From Bacteroidetes bacterium GWF2_38_335 (GTDB taxonomy: Bacteria; Bacteroidota; Bacteroidia; Bacteroidales; GWF2-38-335), in contig MEOH01000027.1 of the NCBI GenBank assembly GCA_001769535.1, positions 32,553 to 96,552 of the forward strand: a DNA stretch of 64,000 nucleotides, given 5' to 3'. The notes beneath the pieces were generated by a model. It ran no database searches, was not told the DNA's origin, and was given only the letters and a program-made list of their open reading frames with translations. Made by a program: the position numbers and the translations under genes. Below, in pieces: positions 1 to 9,821 of the stretch (position 1 is its first letter; each line of letters begins with the position of its first letter).

Positions 1-2099
1 TTGAATGTTAATCCGGCCTTATTCGTAAAAATGTAACTGGCATTGATGCTGTTGGTTATGGTATTTCTTTGGCGTTTTCCAAAAAAGATGGTATCAATTC
101 CAAAATCATAAAAACCATATTCATTTTGCTGGTTTTCATAGTTGAAACTGTAAGTCAGAAATGCCTGATTGGAGATTCTCCATCTGGGTCCGATATTGAA
201 TCCGTAATAAAAGGAATTGTCATTATTTTTGTATTTACCTGAAGCACCAATCCCAACTCCAAGATCGGCCATAAAAGTTTTGCGGTAATCGGGTGAATAA
301 AAAAAGTTCATGAGAAACTCACCCGGCTTAATAAACCTTCTTCCATCCGATCTGGCCTCATAATAATCGTAATGTTCTCCCGGATAAAAATAGCCATGTG
401 CTCCCAGGGAAAGATGTTTCTTTGTCTGAAACATGCTTACCAGTGCAATTTCGATGTTGGCATATCTGTTATTTTCGAAAAGTGCATTGCGTTTAATGCT
501 CATATCATTTCGTGTGGATAAAAATTTTCCAAACGGTTCGTGATAATTGTATGCAATTTCTGCAGCTGTTGAAAGATAATTATTGTACGGCATGTATCCC
601 ATGTCATTATGGTCGTAGGATTTATTTCGTGCTTCCTGTCCAACAGCCCAATGAAAATTTCCCTTTTGCTTTCCAAAGCCAAATTCAAAACTGTGGCCGT
701 AAACACTGGTATCTTTGAGATATTTCTGGCTCAGAATGTAGTTTCCACCCGTATAATATTTATTGTTGTTATCCATGACAAAAAGCTCACCACCCGAAAC
801 ATTGGCCATGTAATCGAAAGCGCTCATATTGACGTTGGTGTTGACCAGACTGAAATATGAATTTTGCTTGAAGCTCTGATCAAGCACAACCATATTGTAA
901 TTGGTAAAGGGCTGAGTAGTAATATTTACATTTGAGGAATCGGGAAGATAAATCCCAGTGGCTTCAGTTTTCGATGTCATGGCATTAAAAACGCCAATGC
1001 CAAGGCCTGAGCCGGTTCTGCCTGAAACTTTTGAGGCGTTTATTAATCTTGATTCGGATGGGTTCGTTAAAATCTGAACGGAATCATTCATAGAATAAGC
1101 ATCATCATGCAAAACCGGTTGTTGTCCGATTCGCCTTGAATAAAATATTCCGCAGCGGTCAAAAAGTTCGGTTCCTTCGGTGAAAAACTGTCTTTTTTCC
1201 TCGTAATAAGTTTCAAAGGGAGAAAGATTTAGTACCTCTTCATCGGACTGTACCTGTCCGAAATCGGGAATAAGTGTGGCATCGAGGGTAAAACTTTCGT
1301 TCAATCCAAGTTTCAGGTCCATACCGCCATTAAAGAAATATCCCCAATCTTCGCGGGTGGCGTCTTTTTCAAGATATCCTGAAATATATGGTGTTAGTGA
1401 AAGGCGTAAAGGCGGTTTGATATCTTTTATTCCCTGAAGTTCACCGGCCTGAACCAGAACATTGGCCTGCTTTTTATCTACAAAAGTCCAGGTGTCCCAT
1501 TCCCTGTACCTTCTGATATGTCTCCAGAAATTGATGTCCCATGTTTGAACTTCCTTTCCGGGAAACCGAAGAGCCGAATAGGGAATTTTCATTTCAACGA
1601 TCCAACCGTCACTAACAATTTGTACATCTGTTTCAAAGACAGCATTCCAGTTATGATCCTGTTCTTCAGAACCAACCTTTGAATCAATCTGTACTCCGGC
1701 CGCAGTAACCCCAAGGCTGAAAGAATTCAGTCCGTTTTGGTAAGCCGAGATATCCAGATTAAACCAATCGGTATTGGCATCTTCGTTATCCCTTTCGCCA
1801 AGTTCCATGAGTATGCTGTCGGGATGGTTGTCGTAAAGATACGCACCGACATAAATAGCTGTATTATCATAGACAATCTTAACTTCAGATTTCTGGGTTG
1901 GTGTGCGTCCGTTTAATGGCTCATACTGAACGAAATCAGAAGCGGGCACAGCATTTTTCCAGCATTCATCATCAAGTGATCCGTCAATTTTGGGAGAAAC
2001 TGAAGTGCGGACAGCCGTCATGCTTTTTTTGCCAACCTGTGCAAAAAAGTTAAGTGTAGAGAAAATTAATATTAAGAAGATTATTCCTTTAACCATCAT
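1..2099 (-). CDS. DUF5916 / carbohydrate-binding family 9-like secreted protein (3' end runs off the window start)
   Basis: Absent from the ORF track because it is open to the window edge. Reverse-strand ATGATG at 2099-2094 gives MMVKGIIFLILIFSTLNFFAQ (signal peptide), then SVSPKIDGSLDDECWKNAVPASDFVQYEP and later LIPDFGQVQSDEEVLNLSPFETYYEEKRQFF. I recognise this layout as the DUF5916/CBM9-like family. Confidence 0.75.
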   Translation of the reverse strand, partial: MMVKGIIFLILIFSTLNFFAQVGKKSMTAVRTSVSPKIDGSLDDECWKNAVPASDFVQYEPLNGRTPTQKSEVKIVYDNTAIYVGAYLYDNHPDSILMELGERDNEDANTDWFNLDISAYQNGLNSFSLGVTAAGVQIDSKVGSEEQDHNWNAVFETDVQIVSDGWIVEMKIPYSALRFPGKEVQTWDINFWRHIRRYREWDTWTFVDKKQANVLVQAGELQGIKDIKPPLRLSLTPYISGYLEKDATREDWGYFFNGGMDLKLGLNESFTLDATLIPDFGQVQSDEEVLNLSPFETYYEEKRQFFTEGTELFDRCGIFYSRRIGQQPVLHDDAYSMNDSVQILTNPSESRLINASKVSGRTGSGLGIGVFNAMTSKTEATGIYLPDSSNVNITTQPFTNYNMVVLDQSFKQNSYFSLVNTNVNMSAFDYMANVSGGELFVMDNNNKYYTGGNYILSQKYLKDTSVYGHSFEFGFGKQKGNFHWAVGQEARNKSYDHNDMGYMPYNNYLSTAAEIAYNYHEPFGKFLSTRNDMSIKRNALFENNRYANIEIALVSMFQTKKHLSLGAHGYFYPGEHYDYYEARSDGRRFIKPGEFLMNFFYSPDYRKTFMADLGVGIGASGKYKNNDNSFYYGFNIGPRWRISNQAFLTYSFNYENQQNEYGFYDFGIDTIFFGKRQRNTITNSINASYIFTNKAGLTF

Positions 2100-2159
2100 C
2101 CAAATAATTCAATTCACAAATGTATAATAAAAACCCATTTGGGAAAGATTTTTATAGGA

Positions 2160-2640
2160 GCTTTTGATTATTGTATACTTAATTGGTTCGGGGTTCGGGG
2201 TTGTTTTTTTTTGTTCTTTTTGTCCCGAAAATGAAATTTTCGAGGATGCTCGACTTTAGTCGGCATTCTTTTGTTCCTTTTGTTCTTGTTGGTTTGGGGT
2301 TTCTGGTTTGGGGTTAAGAATGTTGTGGAGTAAAAAACTCCGGAGGAGTTTCCCAACCATTGCTCCGGATTTCAATCCGGGGTTAATAAAAACGCGAAAA
2401 ACATTATTCCGGTGGAAATGGTTGAGAAAGTTTGGGGTGATGGGTTAATGAACTACCCCGCTGCAAGCAGACGGGGTATCACAACGGAATGTTTTATTAT
2501 TCGCATCAAGATACAGGGAACCGAGTTTACGAGCTCGGCGAAGCCAATAAAACCCGTGAGATCCCTCGGCTTCGCTCGGGATCCCTGCCTGCACTGCCGT
2601 TTCGGCAGGCAAGAGTTCGACTAAATAATTTCAGTTCACT
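2160..2640. repeat. Mosaic intergenic hairpin/stutter repeat block
   Basis: Contains GGTTCGGGGTTCGGGGTTG and GGTTTGGGGTTTCTGGTTTGGGG stutter. Module 2306-2384 is about 90 percent identical by eye to 39511-39588. Hairpins include CCGGATTTCAATCCGG and CCTGCC..GGCAGG. ORFs 2168..2356 and 2412..2624 only translate these repeats. Confidence 0.75.
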
Positions 2641-2653
2641 ATCGTTCCTGAAA

Positions 2654-3295
2654 TTATAGTCTCACTGATTTATCAATCAGTCTGAGTATTTCTCTAAACT
2701 CGCCCAACATCATAGCAGTTGCTCCCCACACATGATGTCCGTGGATATCGAAATAAGGTGCATCAATAATTCGATCTTCAATCAGAATGGTTTCAGTTTT
2801 TGCTGCATCAGGTTCAACCAATCTGAAAATATCTGTTTCAATTATATAATCAACCTCAGCGGGATCAGGGGAAAAAACAGGTTTGTAAGGAACGAATCCC
2901 ACCACCGGCAAAACCTGGGAATTACTGACGGGAATAAACAGGGGAGTCATTTTTCCAATAACTTCCACATCTGCACTGTTAATTCCGGTTTCTTCTTTAG
3001 CCTCGCGCAATGCAGTGGCTGTAAGATCGGCATCCTGCTCCTCGAATTTTCCACCCGGGAAACTTACCTGTCCGCTGTGCGGACCATCATATGACGGGCG
3101 TTTGATGAGAACAGTTTTATATTTATTTTCATCCGGGTAAACTAAAACAAGTACGGCACTTTCCCTTTTCAATGGTTTTATTTTTTTCAAAAGTGCTTCA
3201 ATGTTTCTGATAGAAGGTGCCATTTTAAGCTGTGCCTCCTGTCCGGGCAATCCTGATTCAATAACCGACCTGAGTTTATCCTTTAATGCTTCCAT
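2654..3295 (-). CDS. NUDIX hydrolase, CoA pyrophosphatase-like
   Basis: 213 aa. Nudix box GGKFEEQDADLTATALREAKEETGI, preceded by PSYDGPHSGQVSFPGG, typical of the CoA pyrophosphatase subgroup. Confidence 0.85.
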   Translation of the reverse strand: MEALKDKLRSVIESGLPGQEAQLKMAPSIRNIEALLKKIKPLKRESAVLVLVYPDENKYKTVLIKRPSYDGPHSGQVSFPGGKFEEQDADLTATALREAKEETGINSADVEVIGKMTPLFIPVSNSQVLPVVGFVPYKPVFSPDPAEVDYIIETDIFRLVEPDAAKTETILIEDRIIDAPYFDIHGHHVWGATAMMLGEFREILRLIDKSVRL

Positions 3296-3412
3296 AAATT
3301 ACAATTTCATTACAAAGGAAATAAAAACGGTAAACAATTCATATAGCTTGTTTGTTTAATAAATATAACAAAAAACAATACTAAACGTAAAAACCTTTTA
3401 TAAATGAAATAA

Positions 3413-5365
3413 ATGAAAATGCTGTTTATAAAATATCTATTGATCTTAATGACTTTATTGTCTGTACAGTGTTTTCCTAACAGAACAATTGACAGTCTTC
3501 AGATTGTTTTAGCCAAAACATTTGATAGCAACAAAAAGATTCGGATTTTAAACCTTCTAGCAGGGGAGTATCGAAGGGTAAATCCAAAAAAGGGGCTTTT
3601 ATATGCAGAGGAAGCATTAAAAATCAGTGTTGAAACCGGCAACAAAAAAGAACAAGTAAATTCGCTGATCATCATTGGAATCATAAACCAGCGATTGGGA
3701 TTTCTTGAAAAAGCCATTGAAAACAATCTTAAAGCCCTATCCATATCAGAAAAGATCAAAAACGACACACTTATTTCACTGAGCTATAATAATTTGGGCA
3801 ATATTTATCACGTACAAAAAAAATACACCAAAGCCATTGATTTTTACAAAAGATCTCTGAATCTGGAAAAAAAGATCGGAAATAAGGAACAAACCTCGAT
3901 CAGATATTACAATATTGGTGCAATTTATGAAACAATGGACAGCATTGATACCGCCATTGAATATTATAAATTTTCTCTGGTACTTGAAAAGGAGTTAAAT
4001 AATGGGGAAGGAATTTTTTACGCTTTATATGGCATTGCCGGAATCGAAACCGCCAGGGGCAATACTTCTTTGGCCGAAAAAAGTATTAATGAAGCATTGC
4101 ATCTGGCATTTCAGATGGGTGATGATGTTGGAAAAATGTTGTGCTACAGCGAAAAAGGGAATATATCCAATCAAAGGAAAGATTTTCTGAATGCTGTGGA
4201 GTTTTTCAGACAATCATTGTACTATGCCGACAAACTTAATTACAAAAACGAAGCTTATGAAGCAATGCTTAATATCTCAAATAGCTATAGAAATTGGGGA
4301 AATGCGGATAGCGCATTGGTTTATCTTTTAAAATCAACTGAAATAAAAGACTCCATAATTTCTCAGGAAGACAATGGTAAAATTGCCGAGATGGAAGCCC
4401 GTTATGAATCGGAGAAAAAAGAGCAAAAAATAAAAGAACAGGATATGATCATTGCCAAGGAAGAAGCCGCTGGCAATGCAAAAGATGCCCAGCAATTAAT
4501 TTTAGTTATTATTGTGGTTTTTATGGCTTTTGGGGCTTTTATGATTTACAGAAACAATCGCGTTAAAAATAAAGTTAATAAACAGCTCCAGGAAAAAAAC
4601 AAACAGATACATTACAGTCTGACCTATGCAAAGAAAATTCAAAGGGCTATACTTCCCTCAGACGAAAGAATGAAGCGTATTTTCCATAATTCATTTATAC
4701 TTTTTGAACCCCGTGATATTGTTTCGGGCGATTTTTATTGGGTAACCTGCATTGAAAAACGCATTATTTTTGCTTTAGCCGATTGCACAGGTCATGGGGT
4801 TCCTGGCGCCTTCATGTCCATGATCGGCAACACCCTTCTAAACGAGATAGTCATCAAGCAAAAAATCATTGAACCAAGCGAGATCCTTTCGCACTTGAAT
4901 AAAGGAATTATCCATGCACTAAACCAAAAAACATCTAATAACGAATCTCAGGACGATGGAATGGACATAACCGTTTGCAGTTTTGACCATAATTTTACCG
5001 GAATGAAAATTGCCTTGGCTAATCATCATGCAATGTTGATAAGAAATGGTGAAGTGACCGAAATTGAAGGGGATATCTTTGCCATCGGCGGAAGTTTTTC
5101 GGTAAAAGGAGATATTAACTATACGCAGCAAACAATTCCTTTAAAACAGGACGACAGGATTTATTTTTACACCGACGGATTTAAGGATCAAACCGGAGGA
5201 GAAAAAAAGGAGCTTTATGGAATGAAGCGGTTTAAAAAATTCCTTTTGGACACTTCGGACCACGAACCTTTGCTGCAAAAAGAAGCCCTTCACAACGAAT
5301 TTATCCGATGGAAGGGAAATGGCAAACAGATTGATGATGTTTTGATTGTGGGGATAAAAACTTAA
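3413..5365 (+). CDS. TPR-repeat, single-TM, PP2C/SpoIIE-family serine phosphatase
   Basis: 650 aa. N-terminal signal, multiple TPR-like repeats (YNNLGNIY, YYNIGAIY), coiled coil, TM helix LILVIIVVFMAFGAFMIY. C-terminal SpoIIE-like domain has SGDFYW, DCTGHGVPGA, YFYTDGF and DDVLIVGIK. Confidence 0.85.
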   Translation: MKMLFIKYLLILMTLLSVQCFPNRTIDSLQIVLAKTFDSNKKIRILNLLAGEYRRVNPKKGLLYAEEALKISVETGNKKEQVNSLIIIGIINQRLGFLEKAIENNLKALSISEKIKNDTLISLSYNNLGNIYHVQKKYTKAIDFYKRSLNLEKKIGNKEQTSIRYYNIGAIYETMDSIDTAIEYYKFSLVLEKELNNGEGIFYALYGIAGIETARGNTSLAEKSINEALHLAFQMGDDVGKMLCYSEKGNISNQRKDFLNAVEFFRQSLYYADKLNYKNEAYEAMLNISNSYRNWGNADSALVYLLKSTEIKDSIISQEDNGKIAEMEARYESEKKEQKIKEQDMIIAKEEAAGNAKDAQQLILVIIVVFMAFGAFMIYRNNRVKNKVNKQLQEKNKQIHYSLTYAKKIQRAILPSDERMKRIFHNSFILFEPRDIVSGDFYWVTCIEKRIIFALADCTGHGVPGAFMSMIGNTLLNEIVIKQKIIEPSEILSHLNKGIIHALNQKTSNNESQDDGMDITVCSFDHNFTGMKIALANHHAMLIRNGEVTEIEGDIFAIGGSFSVKGDINYTQQTIPLKQDDRIYFYTDGFKDQTGGEKKELYGMKRFKKFLLDTSDHEPLLQKEALHNEFIRWKGNGKQIDDVLIVGIKT

Positions 5366-6411
5366 TAATAAATGTTGTTACCTGGCACATAATAAGTGGT
5401 CACATACCTGAAACCAATAAAAGCTCTTGCTTTATCCTGATATTCAAACTGCAATCCTTCATTTTTCTTAAACCAGCTGTCGCCCATAACAAGCTTTCTT
5501 TTAAGTGCCGGAGGATCCCCGGGTTTGGCTTCATAGAAGTAATCAGGGCTAAGGTCTCCGCCATAGCTCGACAGATATGCTGATTCATCATAGGAATTTG
5601 ATGTCCATTCGGCCACATTTTGATTGAGATTATATAATCCATAAAGGTTTTTCTTGCTGCTCACCGAAGGAAAAAGCGGAATCTGATTCAGATATTCTCT
5701 TCCATCTTTGAGTGTAATTTGCTTTTTTATGTTTTTATCCTTGCCTGTAAATCCGCAAACCGAAGCATATTCCCATTCCTCAATTGCAGGCAACCGCACA
5801 TCGTTATAATACTCTTTACCATCTGCAAGAGCTTTATCATTGAGCATTTTTGTTTTCCATTGGCAAAATAATCTGGCATTTTCCCAGGAAACACCAACAA
5901 CAGGGAAATTGTCAAAAGCCGGATCAGTAAAATAATTCTTATACAACTCATAGCAATTGTCATCTTTAAACTCATCCCAGACACTCAGATCAATTGGTTT
6001 GATGTCCTTTGTCAGAACATTAATTATTTTGATACGGGATTGTCTTCTTGATTTCCACCCCTCAGTAGTGGTATCATTTTCATAAGGCTTTGTCATTGCT
6101 TTATGGTCAATATATACCCAACTTAATGTATCATCAGGATGGGATTTTAACCAATCCATATATTGGCGATACTCTTTATTCGTAACTTCCTGACTCATGT
6201 AAAATGCCTGAACCGATTTAGTGACTTTAGATGTGGAGTCACCCGGAACCCTTAGAATTGAATATGAACCCATGGGAATAAATGTCATTCCCTCAGGTGT
6301 ATTTTTTTTATGATTAGATTTGTTTTCAGGAACTCCAACCAGCGTCTTATCTTTCTGACAATTTGCATTATAAAATGCAAATAAAATAATAATAACAAGT
6401 ATTTTTTTCAT
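5362..6411 (-). CDS. SUMF1/FGE-domain (formylglycine-generating-enzyme fold) secreted protein or lipoprotein
   Basis: 349 aa with signal peptide MKKILVIIILFAFYNANC. Motifs: PVVGVSWENARLFCQW, LPAIEEWEYA, NVAEWT and GFRYV at the C-terminus. Convergent 4-nt stop overlap with the phosphatase gene. Confidence 0.75.
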   Translation of the reverse strand: MKKILVIIILFAFYNANCQKDKTLVGVPENKSNHKKNTPEGMTFIPMGSYSILRVPGDSTSKVTKSVQAFYMSQEVTNKEYRQYMDWLKSHPDDTLSWVYIDHKAMTKPYENDTTTEGWKSRRQSRIKIINVLTKDIKPIDLSVWDEFKDDNCYELYKNYFTDPAFDNFPVVGVSWENARLFCQWKTKMLNDKALADGKEYYNDVRLPAIEEWEYASVCGFTGKDKNIKKQITLKDGREYLNQIPLFPSVSSKKNLYGLYNLNQNVAEWTSNSYDESAYLSSYGGDLSPDYFYEAKPGDPPALKRKLVMGDSWFKKNEGLQFEYQDKARAFIGFRYVTTYYVPGNNIYY

Positions 6412-6488
6412 AGTACTTACGAATGGTTTTCTCTATAAAAATACGCAAATCAATTAAAAATATTGTATTTTTATTGAAAATGTGGTTT

Positions 6489-6749
6489 ATGAGTACATTT
6501 AAAAAATTAAAATCAGGGTTGCTAAGGTCAGCCATTTTTTTTCTGAACTTATTCCCCTTTAGCAGTTTCAGAAGAAAAAAACTGAATCTGGGCATTGTAT
6601 TATTGGTTACAGGGGCATTATCAGCATCCTGCTCGGGAAATGAAAATAAAAATGGAGATGATGCCGTCAAAAAAACCAATTCAGGAGATCCCGAAAAGGT
6701 TACATGTTATGAGATGACTGTTGATACCATAGTAAAAGATACTTTATGA
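6489..6749 (+). CDS. Small putative lipoprotein, paralogue 1 (start uncertain: ATG at 6423, 6480 or 6489)
   Basis: Lipobox-like LLVTGALSASC preceded by FRRKK and an extra hydrophobic segment. Paralogous to the next ORF. Ends in DTL. Its stop overlaps the next start (ATGA at 6746-6749). Confidence 0.5.
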   Translation: MSTFKKLKSGLLRSAIFFLNLFPFSSFRRKKLNLGIVLLVTGALSASCSGNENKNGDDAVKKTNSGDPEKVTCYEMTVDTIVKDTL

Positions 6750-7021
6750 AAGCAATTAAGTTACATTTGTTTAAGATTGGATTTGGTATAGTCGGAATAA
6801 TTCCCGGTACCTTTTTCAGAAAATACCGGTTGCAAATGGGTGCAACAATAATATTAGCCGGAACGGTTGCCGCCGGATGCTCATCCGACAAGGACAAAGA
6901 CATAAAAAAGTCAGGATACCCCGATGACAACGGTGGAGTAATTAATTGCTATATTGGTCCGTCCGACACAGTAATGGTAAGCGATTCAACTGAAACGGCA
7001 GCAAAAACAGACACCTTGTAA
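6746..7021 (+). CDS. Small putative lipoprotein, paralogue 2
   Basis: 91 aa. FRKYRLQMGATIILAGTVAAGCSSDKD aligns with FRRKKLNLGIVLLVTGALSASCSGNEN of the previous ORF. Shares the SG.P...(V/I).CY...DT(I/V) pattern and the C-terminal DTL. Confidence 0.5.
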   Translation: MKAIKLHLFKIGFGIVGIIPGTFFRKYRLQMGATIILAGTVAAGCSSDKDKDIKKSGYPDDNGGVINCYIGPSDTVMVSDSTETAAKTDTL

Positions 7022-7103
7022 TTTCAGTAAAACCAGAATAAAACTGTATATTGGGTTTTAATTTTTTGTCAATTGCTTTGAATGAAACACGAGAGAATCA
7101 AGG

Positions 7104-8324
7104 TCACTCTTTTTCCTGCATTTTAATCCACAAAAGTAAATTCCAAAAAGCAAAGTATACTATTCCTGCCTGAACTTCAAGCATAGACTCAACCATGATA
7201 TTAAATGCGAAAAAAAGGATAAATGCGAAATAAACCCAATATTTTTTCCGAAACGACAGCCATAAAGGAATTAAAAAAATCAGTATCAAAACGGTTAAAG
7301 CAGGAATACCTAAAGCAACAAATGACTGAATAAACTGGTTATGTGCATTTAATTTTAACTGAGCAGGATGGTTCATTCCTTTTTCGAGATATTTTTTCAC
7401 CAATTCGTCTTTAACATCGCCAGTACCTGTGCCCAACCAGAGGTTTTGCCTGGATAACTCCAAAGCAGTTTTCCAAATTAATAAACGATCGGCAGTACTC
7501 TCGCCCGATTGCTTTAATTCAGATTCATTAGTTTTAATTGTTTCAACTGCCACTTTTATTCTTCCGCTACTTTCAGGAAAAATAAATAAACTACTAAGGA
7601 ACATCGCCAAAGCACCAATTAATAAAAATACACTTCGTTTAAACCTTTTTTCATATAAGAGGAATATTATCATTAAAACAAAAGCCAGAAAAAAGGTTAT
7701 GAACCCTGATTTTGAACTAAATAAATTCAAATAAAAAATCAGGAATCCTGAAAGTATAAAATATATGGTTTTGCCCTTTATCTGTGCATTTATTACAACC
7801 ATCGAAAAAATGGCAAATATTATATACATACTAATATATGAAGTATGTAAAAAATAAGATGAATTGCTATAATAAAAAACGTATAAACTACCGGTCTCAA
7901 AATACTGAATTGAAGAAATAATAAAACTAAAAAATACAGAACCAAAACATCCTAAAAAGAAGGCTGTCACTATCCCTGAAAAAAACCGGGGACCAAATAA
8001 AAAATTGGGGGATAAAATAAAAAACAAGGGGAATAAAATAAGAGAGGCTTTGATTTCCAAATCGGACAACCCCCTTGAAATGTTAGTGGTGTAAAGCATA
8101 CCTGTCACATGCAACACATAAAAGGAAGAAAAAATAATAAAATAATTACGCGATTTTTTAATTGTACTTTTTTTACCAAAGCCAGGACTAATAAGTAAAG
8201 AAAACAAAAACAGCACGATAAACGGAAGTAAGAGTTGCTTACCGAATGGCATAAAAAAGGCGAATAAAAGCCCTGTATAATATACCCATAATCCGGATTG
8301 ATTTATGTCTTTAAATGATCTCAT
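7104..8324 (-). CDS. O-antigen ligase/polymerase-like (Wzy_C family) polytopic membrane protein
   Basis: 406 aa with about 10 or more hydrophobic helices and one large loop (ESTADRLLIWKTALELSRQNLWLGTGTGD...NAHNQFIQ), typical of the O-antigen ligase/polymerase family. Confidence 0.7.
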   Translation of the reverse strand: MRSFKDINQSGLWVYYTGLLFAFFMPFGKQLLLPFIVLFLFSLLISPGFGKKSTIKKSRNYFIIFSSFYVLHVTGMLYTTNISRGLSDLEIKASLILFPLFFILSPNFLFGPRFFSGIVTAFFLGCFGSVFFSFIISSIQYFETGSLYVFYYSNSSYFLHTSYISMYIIFAIFSMVVINAQIKGKTIYFILSGFLIFYLNLFSSKSGFITFFLAFVLMIIFLLYEKRFKRSVFLLIGALAMFLSSLFIFPESSGRIKVAVETIKTNESELKQSGESTADRLLIWKTALELSRQNLWLGTGTGDVKDELVKKYLEKGMNHPAQLKLNAHNQFIQSFVALGIPALTVLILIFLIPLWLSFRKKYWVYFAFILFFAFNIMVESMLEVQAGIVYFAFWNLLLWIKMQEKE

Positions 8325-8555
8325 TTTTTTGCAAAGTTAATGGAGATGGTTCATTAAACTTTTTAAGTACTTAATCCATCGCGATCAAAAACAAAGATAA
8401 TGATTGTTTATATAAAAATTTATTTTCGAAATCAATAAAAAAAATTTATACTAATGTTGTTATTTTAAATAACTTAGGATAATAATATTAACAACAGTCT
8501 TTTATCAAAAAAGATTAGTACTTTTGAGGCATTGTTATGAGGCAGGAAATTAACG

Positions 8556-9821
8556 ATGAAAATCAACATATTAAATAATCGTTCGGACTTTATAAAAAAT
8601 TTAATAAAACTGGGTGCCGGAACAAGTATTGCCCAAGCAATTCCATTTTTATTCACCCCGGTATTATCAAGGTTATATGAACCCAGTCAATATGGCGATT
8701 TTGCCCTCTTTATGTCAATCATCGGGGTTATTGGTGTTATTTCAACGCTGCGATATGAAATGGCCATTATTACATCAAAAACAAACGATGAAGCAAAAGC
8801 TGTATTAAAGCTTTCGTTTATTATTCTTTTCTTAATCTCCTTACTGTCTTATGTATCAACAATTGTTTTTATTTCGGATGGTATTTTCTCAAACATTACC
8901 AATACCGTTTTTCATTTATCATTTATTGGAATTTTTCTTATAGGGGCAACAAATATATTTCAACATTGGTTTAACAGATGCGGAAAGTATTCGTTAATTG
9001 CAAAAGCCAAAGTTGCCACTTCGCTTGCCAATGTTTTATTTTCAATACTTTTAGGATATATAGGCTTTATTAATTATGGATTAATTTTTGGTGCTCTGAT
9101 TGGCAGTCTGGTATTCTTTAGTTTTTTTATTTACAGTTATTTAAAAGAAAATAATTTAAAGAAGGAGTTTAATCTGCAATCAATAAAAACTGTAGCAAAA
9201 AAGCATAAAGATTTTCCCAGGTTCAACACCATACAGGCATTGCTTGATACACTGCAGTTAAATGGCATTTTATATCTGTTGACCGTATATTTTAATTCTA
9301 CAATTATTGGTTTTTATGCCTTTGCAATAAAAGTGCTTCAAGCACCCATGTGGTTAATAGGGACCTCTATTGCACAAATTTTTTACAAAGAAGCGTCCTT
9401 CAACTTTAATGACAAAAAAGACCTTACTCCTATTTTAAAAAAAAGCATGCTCATCAGTTTTATCTTTTCACTGCCGATTAGTTTAATAATACTATTTTTT
9501 GGTTCCTATATCTTTTCAGTAATTTTTGGAGTTGAATGGGAAAATTCGGGTAAATATGCTTCGATACTGGTTCCGTTTTTCTTTACCGATTTAATTAAAT
9601 ACACCATTTCTCAAACCCTAATAATTGTTGGAAAAGTAAAACATTTACTTTTTATTTCTATTTTCGCAAATATTATTATAGTTCTATCAATCATTATTGG
9701 CGGATGGTATTATAAGGATATTACAATTACTTTTTATGCACTATCAATTTCAATGACAGTATTTAATGTAATTGTGATCAGTTGGATTTACTTTTCGATT
9801 AAACGAAAAATATGGACCTGA
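8556..9821 (+). CDS. Wzx-type oligosaccharide flippase (MOP superfamily polysaccharide biosynthesis protein)
   Basis: 421 aa polytopic membrane protein. N-terminus LIKLGAGTSIAQAIPFLFTPVLSRLYEPSQYGDF is typical of Wzx flippases. Sits beside glycosyltransferase and Wzy-like genes. Confidence 0.75.
   Translation: MKINILNNRSDFIKNLIKLGAGTSIAQAIPFLFTPVLSRLYEPSQYGDFALFMSIIGVIGVISTLRYEMAIITSKTNDEAKAVLKLSFIILFLISLLSYVSTIVFISDGIFSNITNTVFHLSFIGIFLIGATNIFQHWFNRCGKYSLIAKAKVATSLANVLFSILLGYIGFINYGLIFGALIGSLVFFSFFIYSYLKENNLKKEFNLQSIKTVAKKHKDFPRFNTIQALLDTLQLNGILYLLTVYFNSTIIGFYAFAIKVLQAPMWLIGTSIAQIFYKEASFNFNDKKDLTPILKKSMLISFIFSLPISLIILFFGSYIFSVIFGVEWENSGKYASILVPFFFTDLIKYTISQTLIIVGKVKHLLFISIFANIIIVLSIIIGGWYYKDITITFYALSISMTVFNVIVISWIYFSIKRKIWT

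Noticed and set aside
2168-2624. ORFs 2168..2356 and 2412..2624, and likewise 20226..20600, 20290..20514, 32876..33064 and 39332..39607, as protein-coding genes
   Set aside because: They lie entirely within hairpin/stutter repeat blocks. Their peptides are low-complexity translations of palindromes (for example PSGYAELHPMFLQIGLSDL and GRRLAAFPIPSAP), and the same DNA modules recur in other intergenic sites in either orientation.
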